64,000 nucleotides of DNA from the NCBI GenBank assembly GCA_963718085.1, contig CAVQYA010000001.1, positions 196,811-260,810 of the forward strand, in the 5' to 3' direction. Under the pieces are notes generated by a model, which had not been told where the DNA came from, made no database searches, and saw only the letters and a program-made list of their open reading frames with translations. This DNA comes from an uncultured Chloroflexia bacterium (lineage in GTDB: Bacteria > Chloroflexota > Limnocylindria > Limnocylindrales > CSP1-4). Of the stretch, positions 22,602 through 32,030 are shown piece by piece. Every line of letters begins with the position of its first letter. The first letter of the stretch is position 1. A program made the position numbers and the translations under genes.

Positions 22602-23426
22602 CGAGCCGTAGGCGCGAGGACGCGCCCAACCTGCGAAATCGGCGTACGCCGCGCGGCGGCAGAGGCCAACGTCGCGGTCAACGAATACGAACGCGCCATC
22701 GTGCTCGGCCAGGTCGCCGAGCTGCTCGCGCTCCACCCGCAGATCGGGGGCCGGATCGCCTTCAAGGGCGGGGCGGTCATGACACTCTTCGACCAGAGCC
22801 CCCGCCTGTCGCGCGACCTCGACGCCGTCCTCGTTTCCGGCGGCGGGATCACGGAGAAGATGGTCCGCGAGGCGCTGGGTACGCCGTCCGCGAAGAAGGT
22901 GGTCGTGCGGATCGACCGCTTCGTCACTGTCGATGGGGACGCGATCAGGTTCCCTCTCGTGGTCTGTCGCCCCTTCTCCGGACAGGGCCAGATCGATGTT
23001 CAGATCAGCATCAACTGGAGCAGCCCGCTCCTGTGCGACCCCGAGTTCGGAGAGTTCGAGGTCGGCGGACGCAAGGTGACGCTGCGACTGATGGCTCGGC
23101 GCGAGCGGCTGGCGGAGAAGGTACGGGCGTTCCTCGACCGCGGCGAGGATCGTGACGCCTTCGATCTCTCCCACTACGTCGAGCGAGGACTCCGGGCTGA
23201 CGAGTGGAAGGATTTGCCGCGTCTCGTGTCCGAGAAGTTGCGCGTGGATCCGGACATACCGGCGGGGACGGATCTGCACGCGCTCTTCGACCGACAGCTC
23301 GAGGAGATCGGGCTGGTGTGGGGCACCCGCGGCGGATTGACGCTGATGCGCGCCCGTCCCTCCTGGGACGTCGTGCGTCCGCGGATTGCCAGCCTCCGGC
23401 GCTACGTTCCCGCCAGCAAGGCCTGA
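22598..23426 (+). CDS. abiEii: AbiEii/AbiGii-family nucleotidyltransferase toxin, with an apparent +1 frameshift at ~22655
   Basis: The AFKGGAVMTLFDQSPRLSRDLD motif is present. The N-terminal 19 codons from GTG 22598 (…APNLRNRR…) are in the adjacent frame. One extra G in GGCGGC joins them. Confidence 0.7.
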
Positions 23427-23554
23427 CTCCTTGCCTGCGCCGCGGCCGAGGGTCGATGCCGGCGACCCCGCGCCGCTCGGCGAGCTCCTGCGCCCGCCGC
23501 GCCCGCCGCGCCCGCCGCCCCGTGCCCGCCGCCCCGCGCCGCCCCCCGAGCCGC

Positions 23555-23835
23555 TTTCCTCGCTAATGCGTCGCCCCGTACCGCTATCCCGGAACCGGGA
23601 CCGCGGACGGCGCCGGCGCGCCGCCCGCGCGGCGTCCGGGCCCACGTGGAGCCGGTCATGGCGGGCGATTCCCTCGCCAGTGCGTCGCCGGCGGAGCATT
23701 GGCGAGGATCGTGGCGCCCGGCCCGGGTTCCACGCCGCCGTCGGGGGGCGCCCTGCGCGGCCAATCCCGGATAGTGGTACCGGGACGAACATTGGCGAGG
23801 ATCGCCGGCGTGGGCGGGGCGAGAACGCTCGCTGC
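23555..23835. repeat. Palindromic repeat element, family B copy 1 (termini TTCCTCGCTAATGCGTCGCC … GGCGGAGCATTGGCGAGGA)
   Basis: Internal inverted repeats are present. It is about 80% identical to 27785-27960. Confidence 0.7.
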
Positions 23836-23842
23836 GACCTTC

Positions 23843-25255
23843 CTACGACCCGAGCAGCCATGCGAGGAGCGCGGACGGGACGGCGAGTATGTCCCCGTCG
23901 AGTGCGAGCGCGCGGCGGGTAGCGACAACACCACCGACACCTCGAGCCGCGATCGCCCGGCTGGCACCGCGCCAGCCCGTGTCCACGTACTTGGACTCGA
24001 AGCCGAGCCCCAACCGCGAGCCGACGAAGTCGATCTCGGTCCTCGAGTTCGGGTTCACCCAGTACCGGACCTCGGCCATCTCGACGAATGCGCCCTGCAT
24101 CTCGCGCTCGATCGAGCGATGCATGGCGAGCGCCATCTGCTGCTCGCTGACGTTGGCGACCGCCGGCTCGACCGCACCTGGATCCACGAGGTGAGGCAGT
24201 CGCGCCAGTAGCGGGTCCGTGAAGTAGAACTTCCGCTGTGCCTTCACGTTCGGCCGGCCGTCGTTGTCCTTGTAGCAGCGGAAACCGAGGAATGCGGTCA
24301 CGAGCTCGGTTATGCGTGCGTCGGCCTGCTCGTTGTCGGTGAAGCCCACGTCGCGGGCCAGGTCGGAGAGGTTGATCGGGCCTGAGAGTGAGATTGCCAA
24401 TCGCTCGATGAAGGCGAGAGCCTCCGGTGGCGTGGTCCTCATCGAGCGGAACGCTTCTCCTCGGACGACATTCCAGAGGTCGCGAACGAAGGCTGGGGCG
24501 ACGTCGCCGGTGTCCATGAACGAGGAGACAGCCTTCGGGTACCCGCCGACGTGAAGGTAGTTCTCCCAGGCGTCGGCGAGCTGGGGGATGAACACCTGGA
24601 GCTCCTCGAGGAGCGGCGGCGCGTCGGAGAACACGTCCCGCGGCCGCAAAGGCGGGATGGAGGGGACATTGGCGTCCGCGCCCGTCACGGCGCAAAAGGA
24701 GCGGAACGACATCGGGAGCAGGAGGCGATCGCCCGCATCGGCCGGCTCGCCGTGGCGGCCGGCCAGGTTGGCGACTCCGTCCTGGATCCCGGCCGACGAT
24801 GACCCGGTGAGGACGACACAGTCCTCGCGGAATGCCGTCGTGTCCCGCTCGTCCTTGACGATCGCGTGCCAGTTGTCGATCGCGGTGATCTCGTCGATGA
24901 ACCAGTAGCGCGGCGCTGCGATGGCGGGAAAGCGGCTCCGCCCGAGGTGGAGCATCCGCCGGAGGTCATCGCCCCGGAGCCCGTCACACGAGAAGTAGAG
25001 GATGGAGCGCGGGTTGGCGGCCCCTGACACGGCCGCCGCGACGGCTCGCTTCAGCTCGACACTCTTGCCGACGCGGCGTTGACCGAGCAGCAGATAGAGC
25101 CCGTTGGGCCGGATGTCAGCCAGAGGCGCCGGCTCGTACACGATGGAGGCTGCACGGACCGCCTTGAGGTCCGGATCGTCCCGCTCCCAGCCGGCCGGAT
25201 CGCGCCACCAGGTGCACTTTTCGGAGAGCCGGGCGAAGAGTTGCGCGTCGTTCAT
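23843..25255 (-). CDS. AAA+ ATPase, COG1373 type (AAA_14 plus DUF4143)
   Basis: Walker A LLLGQRRVGKS, a Walker B-like WFIDE, and a C-terminal DUF4143-like region. It lies 31 bp downstream of HTH copy B on the same strand. Confidence 0.7.
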   Translation of the reverse strand: MNDAQLFARLSEKCTWWRDPAGWERDDPDLKAVRAASIVYEPAPLADIRPNGLYLLLGQRRVGKSVELKRAVAAAVSGAANPRSILYFSCDGLRGDDLRRMLHLGRSRFPAIAAPRYWFIDEITAIDNWHAIVKDERDTTAFREDCVVLTGSSSAGIQDGVANLAGRHGEPADAGDRLLLPMSFRSFCAVTGADANVPSIPPLRPRDVFSDAPPLLEELQVFIPQLADAWENYLHVGGYPKAVSSFMDTGDVAPAFVRDLWNVVRGEAFRSMRTTPPEALAFIERLAISLSGPINLSDLARDVGFTDNEQADARITELVTAFLGFRCYKDNDGRPNVKAQRKFYFTDPLLARLPHLVDPGAVEPAVANVSEQQMALAMHRSIEREMQGAFVEMAEVRYWVNPNSRTEIDFVGSRLGLGFESKYVDTGWRGASRAIAARGVGGVVATRRALALDGDILAVPSALLAWLLGS

Positions 25256-25286
25256 GGATCCGCCAACGGGAGTCTGGCCCTGGCTG

Positions 25287-25880
25287 TCATGTCGGCAGAC
25301 AGGGTATCTCTTTTGCCGTCATGTCGGCAGACAGGGTATCTCTTGTGCCGTCAGGCAAGATCATAGCGACTGAATCCGCACCGTCAAGGGGCCGGTCTCC
25401 CCACCAGTCGATGAACGCGTTCGTGATTCGCGCGCGCTCGTCGTCCGAGAGGAGGTCGATGAAGGGTGACGTGTTCCGGAGGACGGCCGCCTCCTCGTCG
25501 TGCCGGGTGAGGGTCGCCATGACGGCCTCGGCGCCCTGCTCGAGCACCCGGGCCCACCGGTCGGCGAACCAGGCGAGGTGGTTGTCGCCGCGCATCTCGG
25601 CGAGCCTGTTCGCGGCCAGATCCCGGGCGCGGCCCCAGTCGAGCGCGACATGGGCGGCCTGGACGCGGCCCGACCACAGTTGCAGGAGGTGGGACCCGTC
25701 GACGGAGCGCCCGTGCTCGCGGCCCGCCAGGTAGGCGTCCACCGTTTCGCGCCGGACGCGGCGGTGCTTGCCGACCCGGAAGGAGGCCATCCGGCCGGCG
25801 TCGCAGAGGTCGACGACGTGCTGGCGGGACGCGCCGATCAGGCGCGCGACCTCGCCAGTCGATAGCAGCTCAGCAATCAC
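25287..25880 (-). CDS. Excisionase/MerR-like HTH protein, copy B (variant N-terminus VIAELL… and a longer C-terminus)
   Basis: Same as copy A inside the repeat. The 3' end lies outside the repeat and encodes a different tail. Confidence 0.5.
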   Translation of the reverse strand: MIAELLSTGEVARLIGASRQHVVDLCDAGRMASFRVGKHRRVRRETVDAYLAGREHGRSVDGSHLLQLWSGRVQAAHVALDWGRARDLAANRLAEMRGDNHLAWFADRWARVLEQGAEAVMATLTRHDEEAAVLRNTSPFIDLLSDDERARITNAFIDWWGDRPLDGADSVAMILPDGTRDTLSADMTAKEIPCLPT

Positions 25881-25980
25881 CGCAACCACTCCAAGCACCG
25901 TAACCACAACGGTTCGCGCCAATCTTGCCCCAGCCGCAGGGCGCTGTCGAGGGAGAGTGCCACTCGCCGACAGGGCGGGG
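25397..25980. repeat. Copy B of the ~585-bp direct repeat
   Basis: See copy A. Confidence 0.9.
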
Positions 25981-26208
25981 CGCCCGCCGGTTCGGAGGGT
26001 GGCGCAGAATGAGCCGCGACTACGAGGAGAGCGGCGCGCTGTGGCGCTCGTACCTCGAGCAGGCACGATCGCGGGCCGGAGCGCTTGCCGCCCACCTGCG
26101 ACCACGGTGACCAACCGCGGGGCGCGGTGGGCCCCGCGCCGCCCCCGAGCCGCCCGACCCCGCGCCACCGCCCCGCCGCGACCCGCGCCGGCGCTCGGGT
26201 CCGACGTC

Positions 26209-27486
26209 CTATGGACCGAGAAGGGCAGCCGGGACGACCCCGATCCCGTCTGGTCGTCGGTAGGCGTAGGGGCCCGTTGACACGATGATGGCGTCGAGCA
26301 GGTCGGCACCGATCCGATCCCGGAGCCAGAGGAGGTGCTTGACATCATCGTCGCCGATTGTCTGGGCGAGCTTCACCTCGACAGCCACCACGCGACGGTC
26401 GGCGCGTTCGACGACCAGGTCGACCTCACGGTCTCCATTCTGCGTTCGGAAGTGACCGACCCGCGCCTCGGCTGCCTGGGCGTAGACGCGAACGATCAAG
26501 GTCACGAGCGATTCGTACAGGGCGCCGAAAAGAGTCCCGTCGCGTGGCCCGAGCGGCCCAGCCCCGGTCCCGTCGAGCAACGCGCCGACGGCGACACCTC
26601 GGAGTCGCGCGGCGAGGCCAGGGTCAACGAGGTGGTGCTTCGGCGACTGGATGAGCCTCGAGAGGTCGTTCCCCTGGGGGTTCCACGCCGGCAGCGGCTC
26701 GATCAACCAGAGGCGCTCGAGGGTGTCGAGCCAATGCAGGACCGTGACCTTCGCCGGCTTCTCGGCATGCCCGGCCGTCGAGGCATCGCGGATCTTCTCG
26801 TAGGACGTCGTCGAGCTGATTGCGCAGGCGTAGGCCGCGATCCAGCGCCGGAGAGCGGCATGATTGCGAATGGCGAGTCCCCCCAGGTCCCGAACATCCG
26901 TGTCGACGATTCGCTCGACGTAGCCGTCCAGCTGGGCGCGGATTGCACGCTCGGGAAGGTCTCGGAGGCCGGGGAAGCCCGACGCCACGATCTCGTGAGC
27001 GTATTGCTCGGCGGCCACGGTGGTCTCGCCGTCGAGTGTCGGTTTCAGCCCGGTCAGGAGATCGGCCAGGCTCACCGACGGCACCCCGACTCCGCGTTCA
27101 GCGAGGGTCATCGGGCGCATGCGGAGCGAGATGATCCGTCCCGCGCCCGTGTGGGTTGGCGGGTTCGCGGGTGACGCGGACCCTGTGAGGAGGAACTGGC
27201 CGCCGACGGGATTTGCATCCACGGCCCGGCGAACGACATCCCAGGTCTCGCGCATGAGTTGCCACTCATCGACGAGGACCGGGCGAGGCGCAGTCACGAT
27301 CCGCTCGGGATCTGCCTCGAGCACCGCGCGCACCGCTGGCTGGTCGAGTCGGAAGGACGTCGCGGCGCGAGCAGTCGCGGTCTCGGTCTTGCCGACGGCG
27401 CGGGCACCTTCGATGGCGATCGCCGCAACCCCGGGCATGAGCTCGTCGAGCTCGTTGTCCACGATGCGTCGCCGATAGTCCGCCAT
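26209..27486 (-). CDS. Second AAA+ ATPase, COG1373 type (AAA_14 plus DUF4143)
   Basis: Walker A IEGARAVGKTE, Walker B VLVDEWQ. Start at the internal ATG 27486 (MADYRRRIV…) with GAGGAA upstream. Confidence 0.7.
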   Translation of the reverse strand: MADYRRRIVDNELDELMPGVAAIAIEGARAVGKTETATARAATSFRLDQPAVRAVLEADPERIVTAPRPVLVDEWQLMRETWDVVRRAVDANPVGGQFLLTGSASPANPPTHTGAGRIISLRMRPMTLAERGVGVPSVSLADLLTGLKPTLDGETTVAAEQYAHEIVASGFPGLRDLPERAIRAQLDGYVERIVDTDVRDLGGLAIRNHAALRRWIAAYACAISSTTSYEKIRDASTAGHAEKPAKVTVLHWLDTLERLWLIEPLPAWNPQGNDLSRLIQSPKHHLVDPGLAARLRGVAVGALLDGTGAGPLGPRDGTLFGALYESLVTLIVRVYAQAAEARVGHFRTQNGDREVDLVVERADRRVVAVEVKLAQTIGDDDVKHLLWLRDRIGADLLDAIIVSTGPYAYRRPDGIGVVPAALLGP

Positions 27487-27784
27487 CGATTCCTCGCCGT
27501 TCCGCTTGCAGGCCCGCCCGTGCCTGACGACCTCCTGTCCCGGTGGCTCGTGAACTGTACCATTCGCAGGCAGCGCACCATACCATCCGCAGATGTCGCG
27601 CGATACTCTCGGCAGCATTCGGCGCGGGTCAATCGGGGCGGCGGACTTGGCGGACTCGGCGAGCGGCGCGCTCCCGCGCCGCGGCCCCCGCGCCGTCGTC
27701 CCCTCGCCCCGAGCCGCCGTCCTCGCCCTGCCCGTCCCGCGCCGCCACGCCTGCCGCCCCCTCGCCCTCGCCCGTCGCGCCCTC

Positions 27785-27960
27785 GGCCCTTTTCCTCGCT
27801 AGTGCGTCGCCCTGTACCGTTAACCCGGAAACGGGGCCGCGGACGGCGCCCGTGCGGCGCCCGGGCCCACGTGGAGCCGGTCGCGGCCGGCGATTCCCTC
27901 GGCAGTGCGTCGCCTGCGGAGCGTTAGCGAGGATCGCGGGACCCGGGCCGGGGTTCCACG
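27785..27960. repeat. Palindromic repeat element, family B copy 2
   Basis: TTCCTCGCTAGTGCGTCGCC … GGAGCGTTAGCGAGGA, with the same internal architecture as copy 1. Confidence 0.7.
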
Positions 27961-28015
27961 CCGTCGCCAACCTCGAGAAGATGTGCCGAACGTGCCCTCA
28001 GCCACTGGTGACCCG

Positions 28016-28348
28016 ATGACGATGCACGCCGGCCTGGCGAGTGGCCGCTGGTGGACGCTCACGCTCGCCGAGCAGCTCGGCAACGCCGGGGCCGACGTCG
28101 GCCGCGCGATCCGGGCCAGGCGGGATGGCGACCAGGAGCGTTTCGACGCGGCCCTCGGTCGGGCGCTCGAGCTGCTCGACCTGACCCTCGCGGATCCGCG
28201 CTGGCGCGGCCCTCGCCTTCGCGAGATCGCGCGCACGCGGGAGGTCGTCTGCGACCTCCTGGTCGGGGACAACGTCTACGAGTCGACGCCCGAGTCGCTC
28301 GACGCCTACTTCCTCGCCTTCGCCATCGCGGCGCGACGCGACAGGTAG
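28016..28348 (+). CDS. Hypothetical protein (110 aa), convergent with abiEii-2
   Basis: ORF with ATG at 28016. No recognisable family. Confidence 0.35.
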   Translation: MTMHAGLASGRWWTLTLAEQLGNAGADVGRAIRARRDGDQERFDAALGRALELLDLTLADPRWRGPRLREIARTREVVCDLLVGDNVYESTPESLDAYFLAFAIAARRDR

Positions 28349-28397
28349 CGGGGGGCCCACTCTGGGCGCGCCAGGCCCCGACGTCCTCCTCGGCCGG

Positions 28398-29258
28398 CTA
28401 CGCCTGTGCGATTCTTCGGACGAGGTCGGCGACCCTTCCTGCGGCCACGTTCACGTCGGTGATCGGGAAGGCAGTGTCGCCCGCTACGCGTGCAAACGCC
28501 TCGCGCCAGCCTGGAAACACGGTGACCACCGGCGGCCAGGCCTGCTTGCCCCGCAGCGAGAAGACCTCCTCGCACGCCGCACGGACCTGCGACCAGTTGC
28601 GGCCACCGATCAGCTCCTCGAGCAGCAGGAGGTCGATGAGGTCCCGGAACCGGTCGTTCTCCTTGTGCTCGAGGATCTCGGTGCATGCGTGGAGCTTCTG
28701 GGCAACCTGGTGGCGAACCGGGAGGCAGGGGACGTCGCCCTGCGTCTCGAGGCCGAAGACCGACAGGTCTGGCGCGGGCGGGACGTAATCGATCCCGACG
28801 GGGTTGCCGGAGTCGCCTTCGGCAGGGGACACCTCGAGCGCCACTGTGCCCCAGGGCCTGGTTCCGTAGCGGATCCTGAGCATGATCCGCAGGGCCCCCG
28901 TGGGGCCGATCGGCTCAGGTCGGCCGGCCGCCACGACGAACTCGCCGATCGGGTGCCGCCTGGTCTCGTCGAGCACGTCCCGCAGGCTTGCCAGGTCCTG
29001 CCGGAAGGCGGCGTCGTAGTCCCTGGAGGCACGGGCCCGGCTCCCGAATCGCAGCTCCATGGCAACGCCGCCCTTGAGAACGAAGAGCGGCACCTTCTCC
29101 TCGTCGATCAATTGCGACAGGACGGCGGCCACGACCATGAATGAGAGGCTCCGGCGCGCCCGGTCGACCGCAAGACCGTCGGCGCGGGCCTTGGCGAGGA
29201 CCCACTGCTCGAGCGTCCTCGCGGTCCGCGGAGGGCCAGGTTTCGGGAAACCGGGCAT
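28398..29258 (-). CDS. abiEii: Second AbiEii-family nucleotidyltransferase toxin
   Basis: FVLKGGVAMELRFGSRARASRDYD motif. ATG 29258 overlaps the upstream abiEi stop by 1 nt. The ORF-track N-terminal 198 aa is read-through. Confidence 0.7.
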   Translation of the reverse strand: MPGFPKPGPPRTARTLEQWVLAKARADGLAVDRARRSLSFMVVAAVLSQLIDEEKVPLFVLKGGVAMELRFGSRARASRDYDAAFRQDLASLRDVLDETRRHPIGEFVVAAGRPEPIGPTGALRIMLRIRYGTRPWGTVALEVSPAEGDSGNPVGIDYVPPAPDLSVFGLETQGDVPCLPVRHQVAQKLHACTEILEHKENDRFRDLIDLLLLEELIGGRNWSQVRAACEEVFSLRGKQAWPPVVTVFPGWREAFARVAGDTAFPITDVNVAAGRVADLVRRIAQA

Positions 29259-29836
29259 CAGATCGCTGCCGCGGCTGTCAGCTGGCGGAGCCGCTGGGCC
29301 AGGAGCGCCCTCTCGATCGCCTGCTCGTCCCGCGTCGACAGGAGGCCTCGCCGCGCGGCGGCTCCGCGGGCTTCGTCGATGAATCGTCGCCCGACGTGCG
29401 TCTCGATGCCGTCGATGATTGCGCGAGCCGGAGTGACGATCGCCAGGCCCTCGTGCCAGGTGACGTCGTCGTCGAGGTCGAGATCGCCCCGATGGATCGT
29501 CAACCATGCCGGCAGGTCCCTGCGGATGCGGAGACGCCGCGTGACCGTTACGTGGATCGTGGCCGGGTTGATGTCGCACAGGTCGTAGAGGTCGAGGGCC
29601 GTCTCGTGGCTCAGGACCGCGCCGGGGACGCGCAGGAGAGCCTCCTGGTGCTGCTCGAGCGGATCCCCGGCAAGCTCCGGCACGCGATAGACGCCGCGTG
29701 CGATGCGCTCGAGGACCCCGCGGTGCGCGAGCTGAACGAGCGTGAGCCTCGTTCCGCCGACCGCGAGCGCGTCCGCAGGCGTTAGGAGACCGTGCTGCTC
29801 GGTCGCGAGGGGCAGCAGCCGCCGGTACATGGTCAT
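29258..29836 (-). CDS. abiEi: Second AbiEi-family antitoxin (short, 192 aa)
   Basis: N-terminal …HGLLTPADALAVGGTRLTLVQLAHRGVLERIARGVYRV (AbiEi_4-like wHTH). Confidence 0.6.
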   Translation of the reverse strand: MTMYRRLLPLATEQHGLLTPADALAVGGTRLTLVQLAHRGVLERIARGVYRVPELAGDPLEQHQEALLRVPGAVLSHETALDLYDLCDINPATIHVTVTRRLRIRRDLPAWLTIHRGDLDLDDDVTWHEGLAIVTPARAIIDGIETHVGRRFIDEARGAAARRGLLSTRDEQAIERALLAQRLRQLTAAAAI

Positions 29837-29995
29837 GGCAGAAGTATAGCATTACGCGATACTATTGGCGACAACTCCTGCTTGCCGCGGCGGCCGTATC
29901 TCGAATTGGATCCGGTTGTTGGCCGGCAGCGATCGTCCGCGGTCGCGACGCCTTTCGGCGGGGCCACGATGCCCGCTCCGCTATCATCGAGGGCC

Positions 29996-30301
29996 ATGGG
30001 GACCCTCACCCGCGCCGATGTCGAGCATGTCGCGCACCTCGCCCGCCTCGGCCTGGCCGACGAGGAGCTGGCGCGCCTCGAGGGGCAGCTCAACCACATC
30101 CTCGAGCAGTACGAGATACTGGCGCGGCTCGACACGGACGCCATCCCGCCTACTGCCCAGACGATCGAACTGGAGAGCATCCTCCGCGAGGATGTCGCGC
30201 GGCCGTCGCTGAGCGTCGACGAGGCGCTCGCCAACGTGGCCGAGCGGTACGGCGACCACGTCGTGGTGCCCGCCATCCTCGGCGGCGAGCAGGCGAGCTG
30301 A
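29996..30301 (+). CDS. gatC: Glu-tRNA(Gln)/Asp-tRNA(Asn) amidotransferase subunit C
   Basis: LTRADVEHVAHLARLGL…EELARLEGQLNHILEQ is the GatC signature. Confidence 0.85.
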   Translation: MGTLTRADVEHVAHLARLGLADEELARLEGQLNHILEQYEILARLDTDAIPPTAQTIELESILREDVARPSLSVDEALANVAERYGDHVVVPAILGGEQAS

Positions 30302-30438
30302 CCGGTGGTCGATCGAAGCCTGACCCGCGCGCGCGCCGACGTCGCACGCCTCGCCCGCGTCGCGCGTGCGCGCGCTTGCGAGCCCATTGCACGCCTCGCC
30401 CGCCTCGCCCGCGTCGCCCGCGAGCACGGGGCCTGACC

Positions 30439-32029
30439 GTGGCCGACCGCAGCCTGACCCGCCTCGCCGCCCACGAGATGGCCGGCCGCCTGCGGGCCGG
30501 CGAGATCTCGGCCCGCGATCTGGCGACCGCCCACCTCGACGAGGCCGAGGCCGGCAACGCGGCGCTGAACGCCTGGCTCGTCATCGATCGCGAGGGCGCT
30601 CTCGCCGCCGCCGACGCCGCCGACACCCACCTGGCCGCGGCCCGCGCGGAGGGCCCGGCCGCCCTTGCCGCATTGCCGCCGCTGTGCGGCGTGCCCGTCG
30701 GCCTCAAGGACCTGGTCACCGTTCGCGGCGGCCAGTGCACCGCCGGCTCCCGAATCCTGGCGGGCTACGTCGCCCCCTTCGACGCCCACGTCACCGAGCG
30801 CCTGCGCGACGCCGGCGCCGTGATCATGGGCAAGACGAACATGGACGAGTTCGCCATGGGCTCCTCCACCGAGCACTCGGCCTACGGACCGACCGCGAAC
30901 CCGTGGGACCTCGACCGCGTGCCCGGCGGGAGCAGCGGCGGGTCCGCGGCCGCGGTCGCGGCGTTCCACGTCCCCCTCGCCATCGGCACCGACACCGGCG
31001 GCTCGATCCGCCAGCCGGCCGCGCTCTGCGGGATCGTCGGCCTGCGACCGACCTACGGCCGGGTCAGCCGCTACGGGATCGTCGCCTTCGCCAGCTCGCT
31101 CGACCAGGTCGGGCCGTTCGGGCGCGACGTCCGGGACGCCGCGCTCCTCCTGCACGCCGTCGCCGGGCGCGACGAGCGCGACTCCACGTCGGCCCCGATC
31201 CCCGTTCCCGGCGAGCTGCTCACCCTGCCCGCGTCCGACGACGAGGCCGCGGGGGCCCTGCGGGGCGTCCGCCTTGGCCTGCCCCGCGAGTACTTCGTGG
31301 CCGGCATGGAGCCGGGCGTCGAGGCACGCGTCCGCGAGGCGGTCGCGATCCTGGAAGCCGCCGGCGCCGAGATCGTCGACGTCAGCCTGCCCCACACCGA
31401 GTACGGCCTGGCGACCTACTACATCGTGGCCCCGGCCGAGGCGTCGGCGAACCTCGCCCGCTACGACGGGATCCGCTACGGCCACGCGGTCCGCGACGGG
31501 GACGTCCTCGCGAACTACATGGCGACCCGTGGCAGCGGGCTTCGGGGCCGAGGTGAAGCGCCGCATCATGATCGGAACGTACGCGCTCTCGGCCGGCTAC
31601 TACGACGCCTATTACGTGAAGGCGCAGAAGGTGCGGACCCTCATCAAGGGCGACTTCGACGCCGTCTTCGGGGCGGGCATCGACGCCCTCGTCGCGCCCA
31701 CCAGCCCCTCGGTCGCCTGGCCGTTGGGAGCCCGGATGGACGACCCGGTCGCGATGTACCTCTCCGACGCCTGCACGCTGCCGGTCAACATGGCCGGGCT
31801 GCCCGGGATCTCCGTTCCCTGCGGCCTGTCCGACGGCCTCCCGGTGGGGCTCCAGCTCATCGGCCCGGCGTGGAGCGAAGCCCGCCTCCTCGCCCTCGGC
31901 CGCGCCTGGGAGGGGATCACTGCCGGGGCCGCGTGGCGCGGCATGGAACCCACGGGGCTGGCCGCCTCGTCCGATCCGGCCGGGCGCACCCCGGCCCAGC
32001 GAGCCGCCGCGCTCGCGGGAGGGCACTGA
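30439..32029 (+). CDS. gatA: Amidotransferase subunit A (amidase signature), with an apparent +1 frameshift at ~31547
   Basis: [15 protein letters not shown]…[13 protein letters not shown] is the amidase signature. The C-terminal part ([25 protein letters not shown]…) is in the frame of ORF 31274. One extra G in AGCGGGCTTCGG joins them. GTG start at 30439, with an alternative ATG at 30478. Confidence 0.85.
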
Positions 32030-32030
32030 C

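Noticed and set aside
22413-24695. 760-aa minus ORF spanning abiEii and a repeat element
   Set aside because: Antisense to AbiEii. Arg/Pro/Gly-rich. No domains.
26009-26110. 33-aa ORF MSRDYEESGALWRSYLEQARSRAGALAAHLRPR divergent from HTH copy B
   Set aside because: It is too short and there is no RBS evidence. It could be real, but I cannot support it.
31274-32029. ORF 31274..32029 and ORFs 15707..16603 / 15997..16641 as separate genes
   Set aside because: They are the frame-shifted C-terminal parts of gatA and ligA respectively. See the frameshift finding.
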